From contig CBFFRP010000406.1 of the NCBI GenBank assembly GCA_965644295.1, forward strand, positions 310,001-374,000: a stretch of 64,000 nucleotides of DNA. The letters are read 5' to 3'. Position numbers and translations under genes: made by a program. Below the pieces are notes generated by a model. The model was not told where the DNA came from. It searched no databases and saw only the letters and a list, made by a program, of their open reading frames with translations. This DNA comes from Paraphysomonas bandaiensis. Taxonomy: Eukaryota > Protista > Chrysophyceae. Position 1 is the first letter of the stretch. The number at the start of each line of letters is the position of its first letter. Shown here piece after piece: positions 1 to 13,639 of this stretch.

Positions 1-253
1 ATTCATTTGTGGATGTCAGCACAGATGCTGGACTGAAAAAATAAACCAGTATCTTCAGCGGGTGATACGTTTTCATTTTTTGATAATTTGACGACCATAC
101 GGATGGTGTGTGTCCCGCACCATCTTTCACCATTGGCTTGTTTCCTATTAATCTATACGCACTGCACTGTGCATACAAGCAACTATTAGTTCTATCTCTC
201 CCATAGTATATATCTGGTATTACATAATCCAGTGGACTTAACCGAGAAGAGAA

Positions 254-2260
254 ATGCCGAACATTACGTTAATTAGATCCCATTTATTCGAAGCTATTGG
301 GCAAGAATATACTGACGAAGAGTTCGATGAGCTCTGCTTTGAGTTTGGTGTTGAGGTGGACGATGTAGAGACGCAGTTAATCGAGGTATTAGCAGTACTA
401 TATCAATACATTCATCATTATGATCGTCTTGTAGTTTACGGGAGATGTGACTCGTGAAGAGAAGCATGTGGTGTATGTCATAGCTATTCCTGCCAACAGA
501 TATGATCTCCTTTGTATGGAAGGGTTCGCTCGAGCTCTTCGAATCTTTTTGGGAAAGCAGCAAACGCCGGTAAGTGATGAATAATTATAATTTAAATAAC
601 TGTGTTCACGGGTGTTATGTTTGTTACTGGTGTGTAGATTTTCAAGCGTATTACTCCGTCGAATAGGCAGATTATGACAGTTGAATCATCAACGAACTCA
701 ATACGTCCATACTGTGTGTGTGCCGTGTTGCGTGGTGTAAATTTTGACAGTAAGCGCTACAAGAGTTTCATAGATTTGCAAGAAAAACTTCATCAGAATA
801 TTTGCCGCCGACGAACGTACGTGGCAATCGGTACGCATGATTTGGACACAGTGCAGGGACCATTTAGGTATCGTGCCTTGCCTCCTCAAGACATAAACTT
901 TGTGCCATTGACCGAGAACAACGGAAAAGCTTATTCCGGCAAAGAACTACTAGATTTTTATCGTGAAGATTCTTCAGCTAAACATTTGAAGCCGTTCACA
1001 GACATCATTTACGACTCCCCGGTATACCCCGTTATTACCGATAGCACAGATACAGTCTTGTCGTTGCCGCCTATCATTAATGGAAAGCATTCCCGCATCC
1101 AGCTACACACCACAAATGTTTTTATCGAATGTACAGCCACGGATATTACCAAAGCGAATATCGTGCTAGACACGATGGTGACAATGTTCTCTGAACACTG
1201 TGCTACCCCTTTCACCGTAGAAGAGGTTGAAGTAAGGTACGAGACCTCCCACACGGCACTAGTCACCCCATCTTGTCCCGCTGGAGACAGCCAGATTACT
1301 CCTCTTCTCTCCCACCGCCACTGTGACGCTAAAGTTTCTGAGATCAACGGCACTATCGGTGTAACCCTCTCTCCTGATGAAATCTGCCGACTGTGCGACA
1401 AAATGCAGCTCGGGCCTGCTGAATATTCTTCTGCCACGGACTCAGTGCGTGTGCAGGTTCCTCCCACAAGATCAGACGTCTTACACCCTGTCGATGTCAT
1501 TGAGGATGTCGCAATCGCTTATGGTTACAACAATATTGCTCAGGAAGTTCCGAAGACCCTGACAGTGGGCGCTCCCTTACCTATCAATCTCTTCACGGAC
1601 CTGCTGCGACAGGAGATTGCTAGGGCTGGATACATGGAGATGCTCACCCATGGTTTGTGCTCTATTGCCGAGAACTTCACAAACCTGAGAAGACCTGTGG
1701 GGCCAGCTGTGTCACTGGCAAACCCTGCAAATGTGGAATATGAGGTTGTGCGCACTACATTGTTACCAGGTGCTCTTAAGACTCTGGCCCATAACAAGTC
1801 TATTTCCCACAAAGATGGCGTTAGGCTGTTTGAAATAAGCGATGTTGTCGTTCCTGCGGACAACGAGGTTGGTGCACAAAATATCCGTAAGTTTGTCGGA
1901 CTCCATGCTGCCCACAGCTCTGCCTTCGAGGTCGTACACGGTCTGGCAGATCGGGTTTTTTGTTGCTCACAAATCATTCCCCTCAAACAGTATGCCGAGA
2001 GCTCACTATCTAAAGAAGAGTACAAGGCCCTGGAGCGGGTCGCCAGGAGTGGCTTGTGCTACTTCTTTAAGCCGAGTGACGACCCAGTGTTCTTCCCTGG
2101 CATGGGGGCGGATGTGGTATTAAGAAAGACTCTCGATGACGGTTCTGTCTGCGACAAGGTTATTGGAAATTTGGGAGTTGTCCATCCAGATGTATTGCAC
2201 CACTTCGAAATATCGTACCCATGCAGCGTAGTGGAAATCGATATTGAAGCTATTATGTAG
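254..2260 (+). CDS. FARSB: Phenylalanine--tRNA ligase beta subunit (cytosolic), 3 exons: 254-385, 435-569, 638-2260
   Basis: Spliced reading gives YTDEEFDELCFEFG, IPANRYDLLCMEG, FIDLQEKLHQN, AIGTHDLD, VLSLPPIING, PPTRSDVLHPVDVIEDVAIAYGYNN and RTTLLPG, all hallmark eukaryotic PheRS-beta motifs. GT-AG introns at 386-434 and 570-637 restore the frame. Confidence 0.97.
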
Positions 2261-2522
2261 ACTGTGAAGTGTACTTTGTTATGCTGCGTTAATAATCGGC
2301 AATTTAGTATTGGTTATCTGTACTTACGACATAGGTACGTTGTCATATGTTATGCACACGGCAACTTGTACTAGCTTGAAAATGGACAAATAGAGTTAAA
2401 GGTGAAAATAATTCTAGGTCTAATTTCGCATTGCTCCTGAAAGTAGTGAATATCTATACACTATACATCCGTGCAATATAATATACAGATATAAAGTATA
2501 TATGTATATAGTGTTATTGAAA

Positions 2523-2758
2523 GTCTTTTTATTTAGCAATAGGCGTTAAAAACCTGTACCAATATAGTGGCTAGTTGAATGCTAGACATACTAGTTAGAC
2601 CTCTACCCATAACTAATCAGCACAAATTCCATTATCCTACTATTTAACGCTACAGAAGCTGCTTGTGCGTCGCCGCAAGCACCAAGGTGCGACCACTTCC
2701 GTTCTTGATGTTGATTGCGAGTTTCGCCATTGTCGTGTGTCCTAGGACTCACCGGCGC
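2523..2758 (+). repeat. Dispersed repeat (subfamily of the ~470-bp unclassified element), near-identical to 54877-55112
   Basis: Aligns base by base with 54877-55112. Shares TTTAGCAATAGGCG and TATCCTACTATTT..CGCTAC..GCTTGTGCGTC..CAAGCACCAAGGTGC.ACCACTT with the copies at 11789, 29593 and 49714. Confidence 0.9.
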
Positions 2759-3169
2759 TATATGATAGATGTGTATGTAGGGGACACGTTGTGCAACGTA
2801 CAGCATGACAAGTGAAAGCAGTGATCTAAGTCTACTACTACAACACTGGAACCCTTAAGACTACACATACATTGTGTGCAATTTGCATCGGGGACTGCCT
2901 TATGTACCTCACGGCAACCAGGGGAAACAGTACTATACCCTGCTGAGATTGGCGATCTGGTGGCCTTCTTTTAGGCATTGTGCCAAGTGGCTCGGAGGTA
3001 TGCGGATGAAGGTCTTGCAAAAGGTTATGGCCTACTGTGAAGAAGCGTCGAAATCGACTCTTTTGCTGTATTTTAGCCAGCAGTAGAGAGCACATGCAAG
3101 TGAGTGTATAGCTGGACAGGGGTGGGATATGAGGGTCATCCGGTGTGTCCAGCAACAGGGAGTCGAGAG

Positions 3170-3435
3170 TAGGTGCCATTTGCTTGTGAAAATCAGTAAT
3201 AAACATCTGAGCTCTGCTAAACATGAAACAATAGGGTGTTGGCAGTCTGATGGGTGCTTTATTAAGCTTTTGGTTGTGCTTATGTAAACGAATGACGTCG
3301 TCTTCCTCATCATCCTCTTCCTAGAGTTCACCTATGTGTGCATGTAAATCATTTATCAAAAAGTCCTTTTTTCCTACACGCTGAATTTGACTCCTGCTTT
3401 CTTGAAATCTGCACTATGAACAATGTCCGCGTCAC
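3170..3435 (-). pseudogene. hAT transposase C-terminal relic
   Basis: Homologous to 42490-42785. The minus strand reads FSRAQMFITDFHKQMAP, matching ERLFSRAKIVITDFR.RMTP at 50540 (hAT dimerisation-domain-like). Confidence 0.75.
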
Positions 3436-4994
3436 AATGCAATACATAATAAAGATTACGCGGAGGTTCTTGACCATGCATGACTCAGTACAAGCCTAGC
3501 ATGGCATTGACTGACCCTCACCTCCCTCAGAATCACGTATGAACCATGCACGTGTAGTGTAGATCTAGCTGAAGTTTACAAGGCGCGACACGCAAAGAAT
3601 AATTCGGATTCTTATGAAAATCTATGTGTTGCTTAGTTTAATCAGCACGCTCTCGATACATACTCTCAGGCATACTCTTTTGGTGTAAGAGTTTAAAAAG
3701 GTAGATACATATTAGTGGACAATTAGTGTGGTTGTGCTGTTTAAGTATGAGCAGTGAAAAAGTGAATGAATATAACTACCTGGAGAGGGATAGAAGTATA
3801 TTGCATTGCAGTTATGTTATTGCTATATACAGTATTGCAAATATATAGATATTATTTCAACGACCGATATATTGTAGTGCAGAGCAAATTATTTTGAGTA
3901 GCTAGCTACCAATGTTTTCATATATAAATTGAGCAAAATACGTAGTAGAATAATGCATAATTAAGATTGGAAGAGTTAGCTTTCAACTCATAAATTTGTT
4001 GAACACAACTGCGTAATAGTATCTTATTCAGTTCACAAGACCTTAAATCCTACTCCTCCTAATATGGTCAAACCGTTTTCTAGCAAGATGAGCTCTAACC
4101 AACACATATTCAACATCATATTATGAGCAAGCATGTCATCATATTCAATTCATTTTGATATTGATTTACAAATATACGAATGATAGTCCATGTACATAGT
4201 ATAGCAACTGCTAAATGAGTACAGGAATTTCCATATTTTGCCGTCATATGTATATTGGTCAGCTGTGAGTAAAGAATATACTAAAATTTAACTAGCACTT
4301 TTACATCGCACTTTACAACAAAGTAAGAAGAAAGCACAGTTATAACTACCATCTCATTATATTAATGTCTGCTCAGTGAAGAAATTGAGAGTAACGAACA
4401 ACAAAATTAAGTGTCTTCAATACGATTTAAATGTAATATGGATCTCTACACAGGCTTCCATGCAGATGTTGTGATGCACTTTACTAGTGTGTCGTTGCGG
4501 ACAAGATTTCACAGTCACCCCTTTCTCAACCTACAAGTTGGGTGAACCTCCCATTGTTGTGGTGTCGGCGGCATGGTCTTGGCTTATGCTATGGATAGCG
4601 TGCATTGACATTGATCATTGAGTATGTCATGTTGATGATGTGGTAGGGGTGTGATCATCGTGGACCCTTAGAGTGGAACGGAATGTTGCTGGGTATGGAG
4701 TGCTACTGTGTGCTCTATACAGCTCTGTGTCTATTAACACACTGGGCTGAGATATCGAGGACATGACGTGTGGACATTCACTGCCGTGCTGTGTCCTCTG
4801 CTGTTTTTCTATAGGCAGAAGTACATCTATGTACTGTATGTGCTGTATACCGTATACAGTACCATATACTGCAGCATACAGCTGTATGAGGATGGTGTCT
4901 GACAGTTATGTTAGGCGACTCACCATAAGCTACACGCATCCCAAGCAAGTCATAGTCAGCTGCCATAAGATCACCGCCATACGAGCTATCTGAC

Positions 4995-6661
4995 ATGGAA
5001 GAATACACGGAAGAACAGTATGCACAATATCAAGTAGACAATGGTGAATACTATGACGAATCATACTATGAACAGCTCGGATACTATGATGAGAACGGCG
5101 AGTTTATATACTATGAACAACAACAACAGTCGAATAAAGTTACTATCAAGACCGACATGGGTGATGTTACGTACCAAGAAGTGTACTACAATGACCAGCC
5201 CATGCTGGTTGATGATGAGGGAAGGATATTGAACCCAGACAAGTTGAATAGGGTCAGTTGCCACGTAGTGATATACACCTTTTCATCGTGTGCTATTAGG
5301 AGGATCCAAATCTGACTGAAGCATACGATGTATTTTTGTCAGGTTGGCAGAAGCAGCACATGGCTGCAGTATTGGATGCTGAATCGTCATCATTATGTAT
5401 CTGGCCAAATGAACGGCCTCCGATATACCTTAAACGCTTTGATATTTATGAGAATTTGTCAAAATTGTGCCACTACGGAACATCGGATCCTGCAGAATCA
5501 CAGAAGCAAAGGTATAAATCGACACATTTCTGATGTTTATTTTACATACTACAGACACTCCGGAGATTTCTTGCCAGTGAGATCTGTTATGTTTATGGCA
5601 GCACCAACCAGCTTGACGAAGACGCTGGAAATAGAGAGGGTGGCCCCGCCACTGAGGAGTAGAGTAAGTATATATGTAGTCTTTTGATTTCAGTTCTTAA
5701 CTGACTATGTACAATGAACTCAGTTTAGAATGACTGGTGGTAACAACAGACGCGATGTAACGCGCTGGTATCCAGCGGAGAAAGTTGATGCCTTTGTCGG
5801 AACTGCGGGAAGTGTGGGAACAATAGACTACTTCATCGACTGGACAGATGGACCAGACAGGTGTTATATATTCTCATTTTGTGTTTTTAAAATTAACTTT
5901 CTAAAGGTACTACATATCTACCAATTTTGATCCACGAGCAGGATGGCGCAGGTGCGGCAAGAATTGGGTATATTTGATTCTCAAGTTCACGCAGACTCTG
6001 GAGATTTGCAGCGTACCCCGTAACGCAGTACTATATTCTCAGCCGAACCGTAGAACATACTGATTTAGAGTCAGAAGGGGGGAAAGGGGCAACTTGCAAC
6101 ATAGTGAAAGGCTCCTCTGTCTTCTGTCGGAAAGGATGGAGGTAAGTACGTCCCAAGCCTCTTAGTTAATTTCACGCAACCAATCGAAACAGATTAATTG
6201 GTAGCTTTTTCGCATTTGATCTTGAGCTTACCTCCAGCAATAAGTATACTGTGTATACGCGAAAGGTAAGCTCCTCCCGGACATTTTAGAGGATTAGGAT
6301 ATGATGTAGCTTGTTTTTCGTCCTCAGGATCCGTTTCACAGACTGAAACTCACCATGACCGAAGTTGATAATCCGGAAGAATGGACTGAACAGTTCAGCT
6401 TCTTTGCTTTTGATATTCCGATCCCTGGAAGTTGTAAATATGAACTCCAACATTGCGTCAGGTAGTATTGAAGTACTTGGTTGATTGTCAAGGTCATATC
6501 TTTTGTCAAGGTCGATTCATACTACAAGCGCAAGCGTTTCTAGACACCGACTTACTACGGAAGACTCAAAGTTGCCATGGCAGTTTCGAATGAGTATATA
6601 TGTATTCCCTGCAGCAATTGAGGATTGCACAATTTCTTTTGAATGTGATGAATATTTTTAA
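4995..6661 (+). CDS. Multi-exon hypothetical protein with Tyr/Glu-rich N-terminus and repeated W-x(3-5)-F-x-A-F-like motifs
   Basis: About 9 exons joined through short GT-AG introns (e.g. 5952-5994) give a continuous frame ending ...DCTISFECDEYF* at 6659-6661. Confidence 0.7.
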
Positions 6662-6906
6662 TTACTATATTATTCAATTTAGCGTGAATCGAGGCCCACA
6701 ATTTGCTACGATACAGATAACAAACGAAGAAAATTCGCTACCCAATTTCTAGTCGTTCATAAACAGAATCATGATATTATCATTCCACCATATAAATTCA
6801 GAGTAAAATACGTTACTATCGACGACATTTATACAAGTACGCTTGCAGTACGTACATCAGGCAGTACACAATATTATATACAATGACAAATGACACATTC
6901 TATGTT

Positions 6907-8809
6907 CTATGATATCCTATCTGATGCCCGTGCAATCACTCTTCCACCACACACAAATTCTTCAACCTGCATATTCATAGGCACTTAGAAATTCAACATT
7001 TCTAATCGACTGACAACACTATCGTACCTTCCAGGGAACAGAATCCATCCATTCATAACAAATAGTTTTAAGCAAACTCAGGTGAACTTCTTGCACCGAA
7101 CACCTGAGGGTTATTCTTTTACGGGCTACACGTACGGGAGGAGGGTTTCGATTAGGTGCATCTATGTCTCTAAGCTGATTTGATACAATTGGCTTAGGGT
7201 TTGTCTTAGCTTTCTGGGCTTCAGGAACAGAGGTTGACATATCATCGTCATCAGTATCATCACCCGTAGAACTCTCACCTTCGTTATTTTCCACTATTGC
7301 ACCAAGAGTGGTGGTATTTTCAGTATTTTGTTTTAATCGATTAAACTCAAAGGGAATAGTGCCCATTCGAGGCGGAGAATGTCCAGTCTTCGGTTCTGAC
7401 TCGCGGTCGCTATCATCACTACCGACTGACATTGTCCGCCGTATGCTATCCAAAGTGGCAACTATACTGCTAGTTCTCCGCTTAGACTTCTTTCGCAGCG
7501 CCTGTGGGATTTCATCTGGTGCATTAGTTTGGGATGATGCTGGTGTCCGCTGAATCCCAGGCGGACGAGGGACAGAGATGGCAGTGGCATGTGCTCGAGC
7601 TCGAATTTGCGCCGATGATTGCCCAAAAAAGTTCAGCCTAGCAAACATATCTGTGTCACACTCGCGCGCTTTTTGCTTCTCCTTGCTTTCCTCTAGCATA
7701 CGAGTGAGAAGCTTCGGAGAGGGATTCCCGGAACATGCTCGCAATAGGTCAAAAAGCAAAAACCTATTGCACATATATTTAATACGAGATCAACCAAAAA
7801 AATATTTTACCTCGAATCCGCGAGGGAAATTACACGGGATAGAACAGTCACGAGGTTGGCATTCGTCGGCGTGCTGTGGGCTTCCCAGAAGGCACGATGA
7901 ATGGCAGGTGGACACTTCAACTCACGATGCAATTGTAGCAACAGTTTGAGGGCATCGGTGTAGTTGTCTAGTAAATGTCGTGAACTAGAACCAGCCTTGT
8001 ACTGCAACACCGTTATCATCATGACACGGCGTGCACATGATGGTACTCACCTCGCACACCTTCGTTACGAGCGATTTAAGGTCAGCTGTAAAGTCATCAT
8101 TCTCCCCATTAAGTGCAAGCTGCATAGCTGAGGAGTGCATCCAGTCCGCGTCACAACTAAGGGATACACGAGGCGGGTGCATATATCGTGCACACTCAAC
8201 ATCGGTGATATCTGAGCACTCGGTCAGCATAGAGGAGTTCGCTCCAAGAGAGCCTGTAAATTGCATTCCTCCTCGTCGGAGGTTCACCGATGGAGGATCT
8301 TTCTTGGCTAACTGCCGCTTACTCTTTATACGTCTGCCGTTTGATTGATATTTTCCCACTGTTAGGCGCCGCTCTCTACTAGGCAAGGGCGACGACACAG
8401 ATGATAGAGGCGATACTGGGTCACTGACACCAGGAGTAATATCTTCACAATCATCCATGATGTTGACCAAACGATCCACTAAATTCTTTCTACGAGTAGA
8501 ATTATTGGCAGATCCTGGTTGTGATGGTCGTGGACTATCCGGTGCATGGGTCTGGGGATGATGGTTTGTCGGAGTACTAAGAAGCTTCGAAAGTGAACCC
8601 AGAGATTTATCAGTGGAATCGGGTGACAACAACTGTTTCTGGTGCATACCTATAACCTCCTCCCAATCTAATGACTGATTACTATCGATACCATCGTTCT
8701 CTTGACTAGCAGTCTCCAAGCAGAAAGATGAGGCGCCAGCACCACCCATCATCACTGGGAAACACAGTGATTTCTTTTCGGACTTTTTACATTTACTACT
8801 TCGGGTCAT
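6907..8809 (-). CDS. Hypothetical Ser/Pro-rich, largely disordered protein, 4 exons
   Basis: ORFs 7985-8848, 7807-8022 and 7019-7774 join through GT-AG introns. The last exon reads VEEFVCGGRVIARASDRIS*. No domain recognised. Confidence 0.7.
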
Positions 8810-9192
8810 TTTATATTCTATATGAGAGCTACAGTAATCATTAGACACTTCCTTTCAATACAAATTACACGACAAACGCTCTACTCGTCTAATAGCAACT
8901 ATCACTGATAATGGGTTGTAACTGCAGTAGATTTAGTGGACTTCTAACAGCATGTGTACATGCTTTACCACCCAAATCCACGAGAGTGGAAAACGACGGC
9001 TCCTTCAACTGTGGTGGGACTATTTAATCCAGCCAACAATCGCATATATAACATCTCTGTACCTATATATTAGCTACCTGTAGATAGGTACAGCCTGTTC
9101 TTGTATAGGTACGGAGCACACACAGAGATTGGCTTTCAAAACTGACGACAAAGCATGTCAAAGTCTCCAAGTCAGGAAAAATCCGTCTCAGT

Positions 9193-9283
9193 GTATACCG
9201 GTATACGGTGGTATACGGTATAATGTGCGTTGAACTACACACTATTTGTAGGGTGGGGGTATACCGGTTATACGGCGGTATAC
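9193..9283. promoter_or_regulatory. GTATAC palindrome cluster in a divergent promoter region
   Basis: Five GTATAC in 91 bp between divergent starts at 8809 (-) and 9586 (+). Similar clusters occur upstream of other genes. Confidence 0.45.
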
Positions 9284-9585
9284 AATATATGTCATATGAA
9301 TGTCGCATGTAAAACCCCTGGCACCCTTACATCCAATGAAATATTATCGATTGGATATTAATCAATTATATAGTGTGAAAATTTCTTGACCCGGGCAGTG
9401 CAGTGGGGTGTATGCATGCACTGCTGTATGTATGTGCATTTGAATGGACTGTTCTTCCAACACATATTCGTGCCTTCCATCAATCTTGCTGCATTATATG
9501 CACTCATCCTGTTACATGCAACGATAAATGCACTGTGTCTGAGAAGTGAACTTGTTGAGCATTATATCCAAAGGAAGAGATAGTT

Positions 9586-11654
9586 ATGGAGGAGTTTGTG
9601 GAAGGATCTTGCTTCGGCGTGGATTGTCTTGGCTCCTATGTGGAAATTAAAAAATTGGTGCTCTATCTCTGCAATACGGGCTACATATGTGCTGACTCTA
9701 TTACAGATTTCTTCTACAGTAAAGTCATGCGATCAATATTTGAGTTTCGTGAAGGTCAGAACAACGAGTGCGCTTAGGAACCGTTTGATAATTGTTTCTA
9801 TAGGCTCGAATTAACGCCGAAGAAGCCCATGCTCGGTCTCTTGCGAAGGTGGCTGCTATGAGTCTGGATTTTGACTGCGGGGGTTCTTTGTGTGAATCAA
9901 TGAACCAATTGAAGGTATTATTTTACTCATATAGTCAGTTCATTTACATTGACGACATTTCTTCATTCTAGGCTGACACGAAGCACAAATCGGCTCAGCA
10001 TCTTCACTTAGCCGAAAATTTGAATAACGATGTGTATATGCCGGTATGACGTGATCAATGCAATGCTATGACGTGTAGCTTACTCTGTGCTTAGGTGAAT
10101 GAGCTTCGAACTCAGCTCAGTAAGAAAGAGAAGTCGTTATTTGCACAATACCAGAGTATGCAACAGGAAATCAAACACCTTGAGGATAAGTATAAGAAAA
10201 AGTATTTTGCTTACGAGCGAGCCTACAAAGATGCATTTCAGTCTTATGTGGAGTATCGTAATGCCGACAGTTCCCTATCTTCTGCAAATTCTACGAACAC
10301 TCCGAAACGTGACACGCAGACCGCTTCTCTGCGTACCCCCTCGTCGTCTTCCGCTTCAACTCCTACTAGCGCTTTTTCCTCCTTTGCCTCTTCACTTTCC
10401 CCCTCCCTGAATACCCTGGTAGAAAAAACCAAGGGAAAAGATATTCTCAATTGGGTGGTTACATCAACTGCTCACGGCACAACCCGGCGTGCGGACAAGA
10501 ACGAGCTGTACGTTCTTGCCACTCACGCCCTTGCTCGAGCTGAGAGAGCACGTCGTATGGCCAGAAAGTGTTGGTTAGAGTACGTGATTATATCCCAACG
10601 GTACTGTGTTAAAGCACAGATCCTCTACACCAAACTACAGGGCATGCAGGAGTCATTTGTGTTGATTATGCAGGATCACATGCGAAAGATGATTGTCTTT
10701 GAATCGTCATCTCTAGCCAATCAGCAGTACGACATTCAAATGCTCTTCAAAGTCATGGAGAGCATTGATACGAAGATGGATATTTTGCAGTGGATCAATA
10801 AGAGCAAGGCAGAGCTTCCTTCAGGAAATTCCTTCAGAGAGAATCCATGGTGCTCGCAAATATTTGTAAATGGGAATCTATCGCATATAGCTGATCTCCC
10901 TCGTCCTCCTGGTGATACTGAACTCATGTGGGATGAAATGTCACATCAGCCCCCACAATTGTCTGTAGAATTAACGCAAGAAATCTCCCGCCTGCGGCTG
11001 TTGCGCCGTCGGAGCCCACCACCTGACAGTGGTGAAAGTGGTGTCATTGATGTCCACTCAGAGGTAACAGGAAGCGAGTCAGACGCTGGAGAATGTGCAC
11101 CAACCGACGAGGGGCGAGAAAATAAGGACTTAGACTGCGCTTATGAAACGGCAGAAGATGCCTTGGAGATACTTCTGACAGTACAGAGCCAGATGCGTGT
11201 CTACTGGACTGAACTCATGACACGGTTCTCGTACGACTCCAACGGAAACTCTTCGAGCGTACCAGACGGGCATAGGAGGGGAACTTCATTGGATGTCGGT
11301 GATGAGGGTCTTAACCCAACAGGGGACGATAACTCTGAAAACAGTGATGAATCATGTACACCTTCATCAGACGACCGCTCTTCTCCTGTGAAAGATTCGG
11401 GGTCAGAAGACAATAGCAGCGCTGATTCACCACTGATTTCGTCATTAAACGACAACAATGATTCCGCAGAAAGCTATAAGAAAATAATGCAAACTTACGG
11501 CTTATTGGATGCAGTAGCAGGAGATACTGATAGTGAATCTTGTGATATGAACAAATCAATGGGGTTTTCTCTGGCCCCACCTTCTCCATATCAAATACCC
11601 ACTCCTGATTCTCCAGATTTACTTAGTTTAAATATTTCCCCTTCACACTATTGA
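9586..11654 (+). CDS. F-BAR (FCH) domain protein with acidic low-complexity C-terminus
   Basis: Spliced N-terminus CDQYLSFVK..RINAEEAHARSLAKVA..SLCESMNQLKADTKHKSAQHLHLAENLNNDVYMPVNELR followed by coiled coil, the typical FCH/F-BAR pattern. Confidence 0.75.
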
Positions 11655-11788
11655 ATGTTCAACTGAATTTACTGCTTACTTTCGTATTTTTTTAATAAGC
11701 AACCCTGTTTTTAGTCGAAAACATGTATTGTGTGTACTGTGTACCTGTATGCATTGTGCGAAATTATTACATAGCTAGCTTAATGTCC

Positions 11789-12242
11789 CCATCAGTAGTG
11801 AATGTCGTATTATTAGAAATAGGCTTATCAGAGTCATTTCTTAACTCTGATATCCTAACGCTCCGAAACTGCTATTGCGTCACCACAAGCACCAAGGTGC
11901 GACCACTTTCGCTCTATCACTCAAAAGCAAACGCAGTGAGTGAGCAGAATGTTGATATATCTGATGTCTGACACCTAAAATCTGCTGACTTCAGAATTTT
12001 TTATTAGAGGTTGACTTCAGTAGGAAGCCTAGTACCCACGGATACCTGTTTATTCGTCAAGGCCCAAAGACATCTACACAAGTGATACTAATTCGTGTCC
12101 CTTGCACCACACAGACATTTGGCTATGAGTAGGCAGAACAATATCTGCTGACTATATATTTAACCATAGTTTCTCGGAGAAATCTCTCCGGTACTTAACC
12201 CCCAGAACACCACGAAAACGTGCGAGTCCGACTTTGTTGAGG
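11789..12242 (+). mobile_element. Unclassified ~450-bp non-coding dispersed element, copy 1
   Basis: CCATCAGTAGTGAATGTC ... CGTGCGAGTCCGACTTTGTTGAGG. Reverse-complement homolog of the copies at 12899, 29593 and 43382. Confidence 0.8.
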
Positions 12243-12898
12243 ACTCCTCAGAAATTCACATGTTATTTTTTGTACACACTCTTCTGGACACCACACAAGA
12301 ATTAGATCATGGACAAACTTTCGCTTCAAAAATGGTTTTCACTAGTCCACAGCCTTACATTATTATTGTCTACGTTAAACGAAGATGCTTCTTGGTTCAA
12401 GAACACAAGCCAGCCATTAATGGCCCATTGCCCCATAAATGGTAGTCCAGTTCCCAGCAATTATAATGTCATAAATGAAAAATGTCCCGGAAATTATAAT
12501 GGCCACAAAGGCCAGCATATCTGACAAGTTCAACGCGACACCCTTGGGCGTAGTATGTGCTCCTGCAGTCAATGAGAGTGAAATGTGAAATGTTGATTAG
12601 CAGGAAAAATACCTTTTTGACCGATTTTGCATAAGATTATATGAATCCTAGTTATTTAGAATAGCCTATGTTTATACACTTGAATATATGCTCTGTTGAA
12701 CTTTGTATAAAACGTGAGCAATTATATTCTGTAATCTATGCTAACTATTTTCTGATTGGTGACAGTAAAGGAATTAAATAATATAATAGTAGCAAGTTGA
12801 AATGAATAATCAATTATAAACAATTGAGAGTGTACTTCTCACATTTTAGATACTGATGCCAAAGGTTGAAAAAATCACAAACATTTATTATTGAGCCC

Positions 12899-13322
12899 CC
12901 TCAACAAAGTCGGACTCGCACGTTTTCGTGGTGTTCTGGGGGTTAAGTACCGGAGAGATTTCTCCGAGAAACTATGGTGGGCGGCATATATATAGTCAGC
13001 AGATATTGTTCTGCCTACTCATAGCCAAATGTTTGTGTGGTACAAGGGACACTAATTAGTATCACTTGTGTAGATGTCTTTGGGCCTTGAATAAACAGAC
13101 ATTCGGTAATGGGCCCACCTTAAGGGCATCCGGGGTATAGCTCTGCCGGCCTGCTGAAGTCAAGCATCCGGGCTCTAGTGCACCTTAAAGACAGAAAGCG
13201 AAAGTGGTTGCACCTTTTGTAGCGCAAACAGCTTTCGTAGCTCAAAATAGTAGATATCAGAGTTAAGCGCTAGTTAGTTAAATTATTTTGCTATACATTA
13301 GTTCTGACTCTTACACGCCTAT
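12899..13322 (-). mobile_element. Unclassified dispersed element, copy 2 (inverted relative to copy 1)
   Basis: Begins CCTCAACAAAGTCGGACTCGCACG on +. The first ~80 bp are an exact reverse complement of the end of copy 1. Confidence 0.8.
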
Positions 13323-13511
13323 AATAGCAATTTGCTAACACGCCTAAGATGGCGAACGCTCCAACCGAATAGCCTGATTTCGGATACATTGCATACGCAT
13401 ATAGCTATCTTCACCACTTACAGTAGTATTAGTTCCTATGCTCGGAGACGACGCGGCAACAGCCGCTGGGGGCACATAACTAGTAGGTGGAGGATCATCC
13501 GCAGATAGTGG

Positions 13512-13639
13512 ATTACTTTGACTTAGGCCTAACCTATATTTTATAATTTTATAATGATTATATATAATCAGACATTCACTACTATATTATTGACCCAACT
13601 CAAATTATAAAATATAGGTTAGGCCCCAGTCAAAGTAAT
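13512..13639. mobile_element. MITE-like fold-back element with ~38-bp inverted repeats
   Basis: ATTACTTTGACTTAGGCCTAACCTATATTTTATAATTT ... AAATTATAAAATATAGGTTAGGCCCCAGTCAAAGTAAT (2 mismatches). Confidence 0.6.

Noticed and set aside
11789-13322. Single composite or fold-back transposon with 450-bp TIRs
   Set aside because: The arms are members of a dispersed family that also occurs singly, they carry different internal deletions, and there is no outer TSD.
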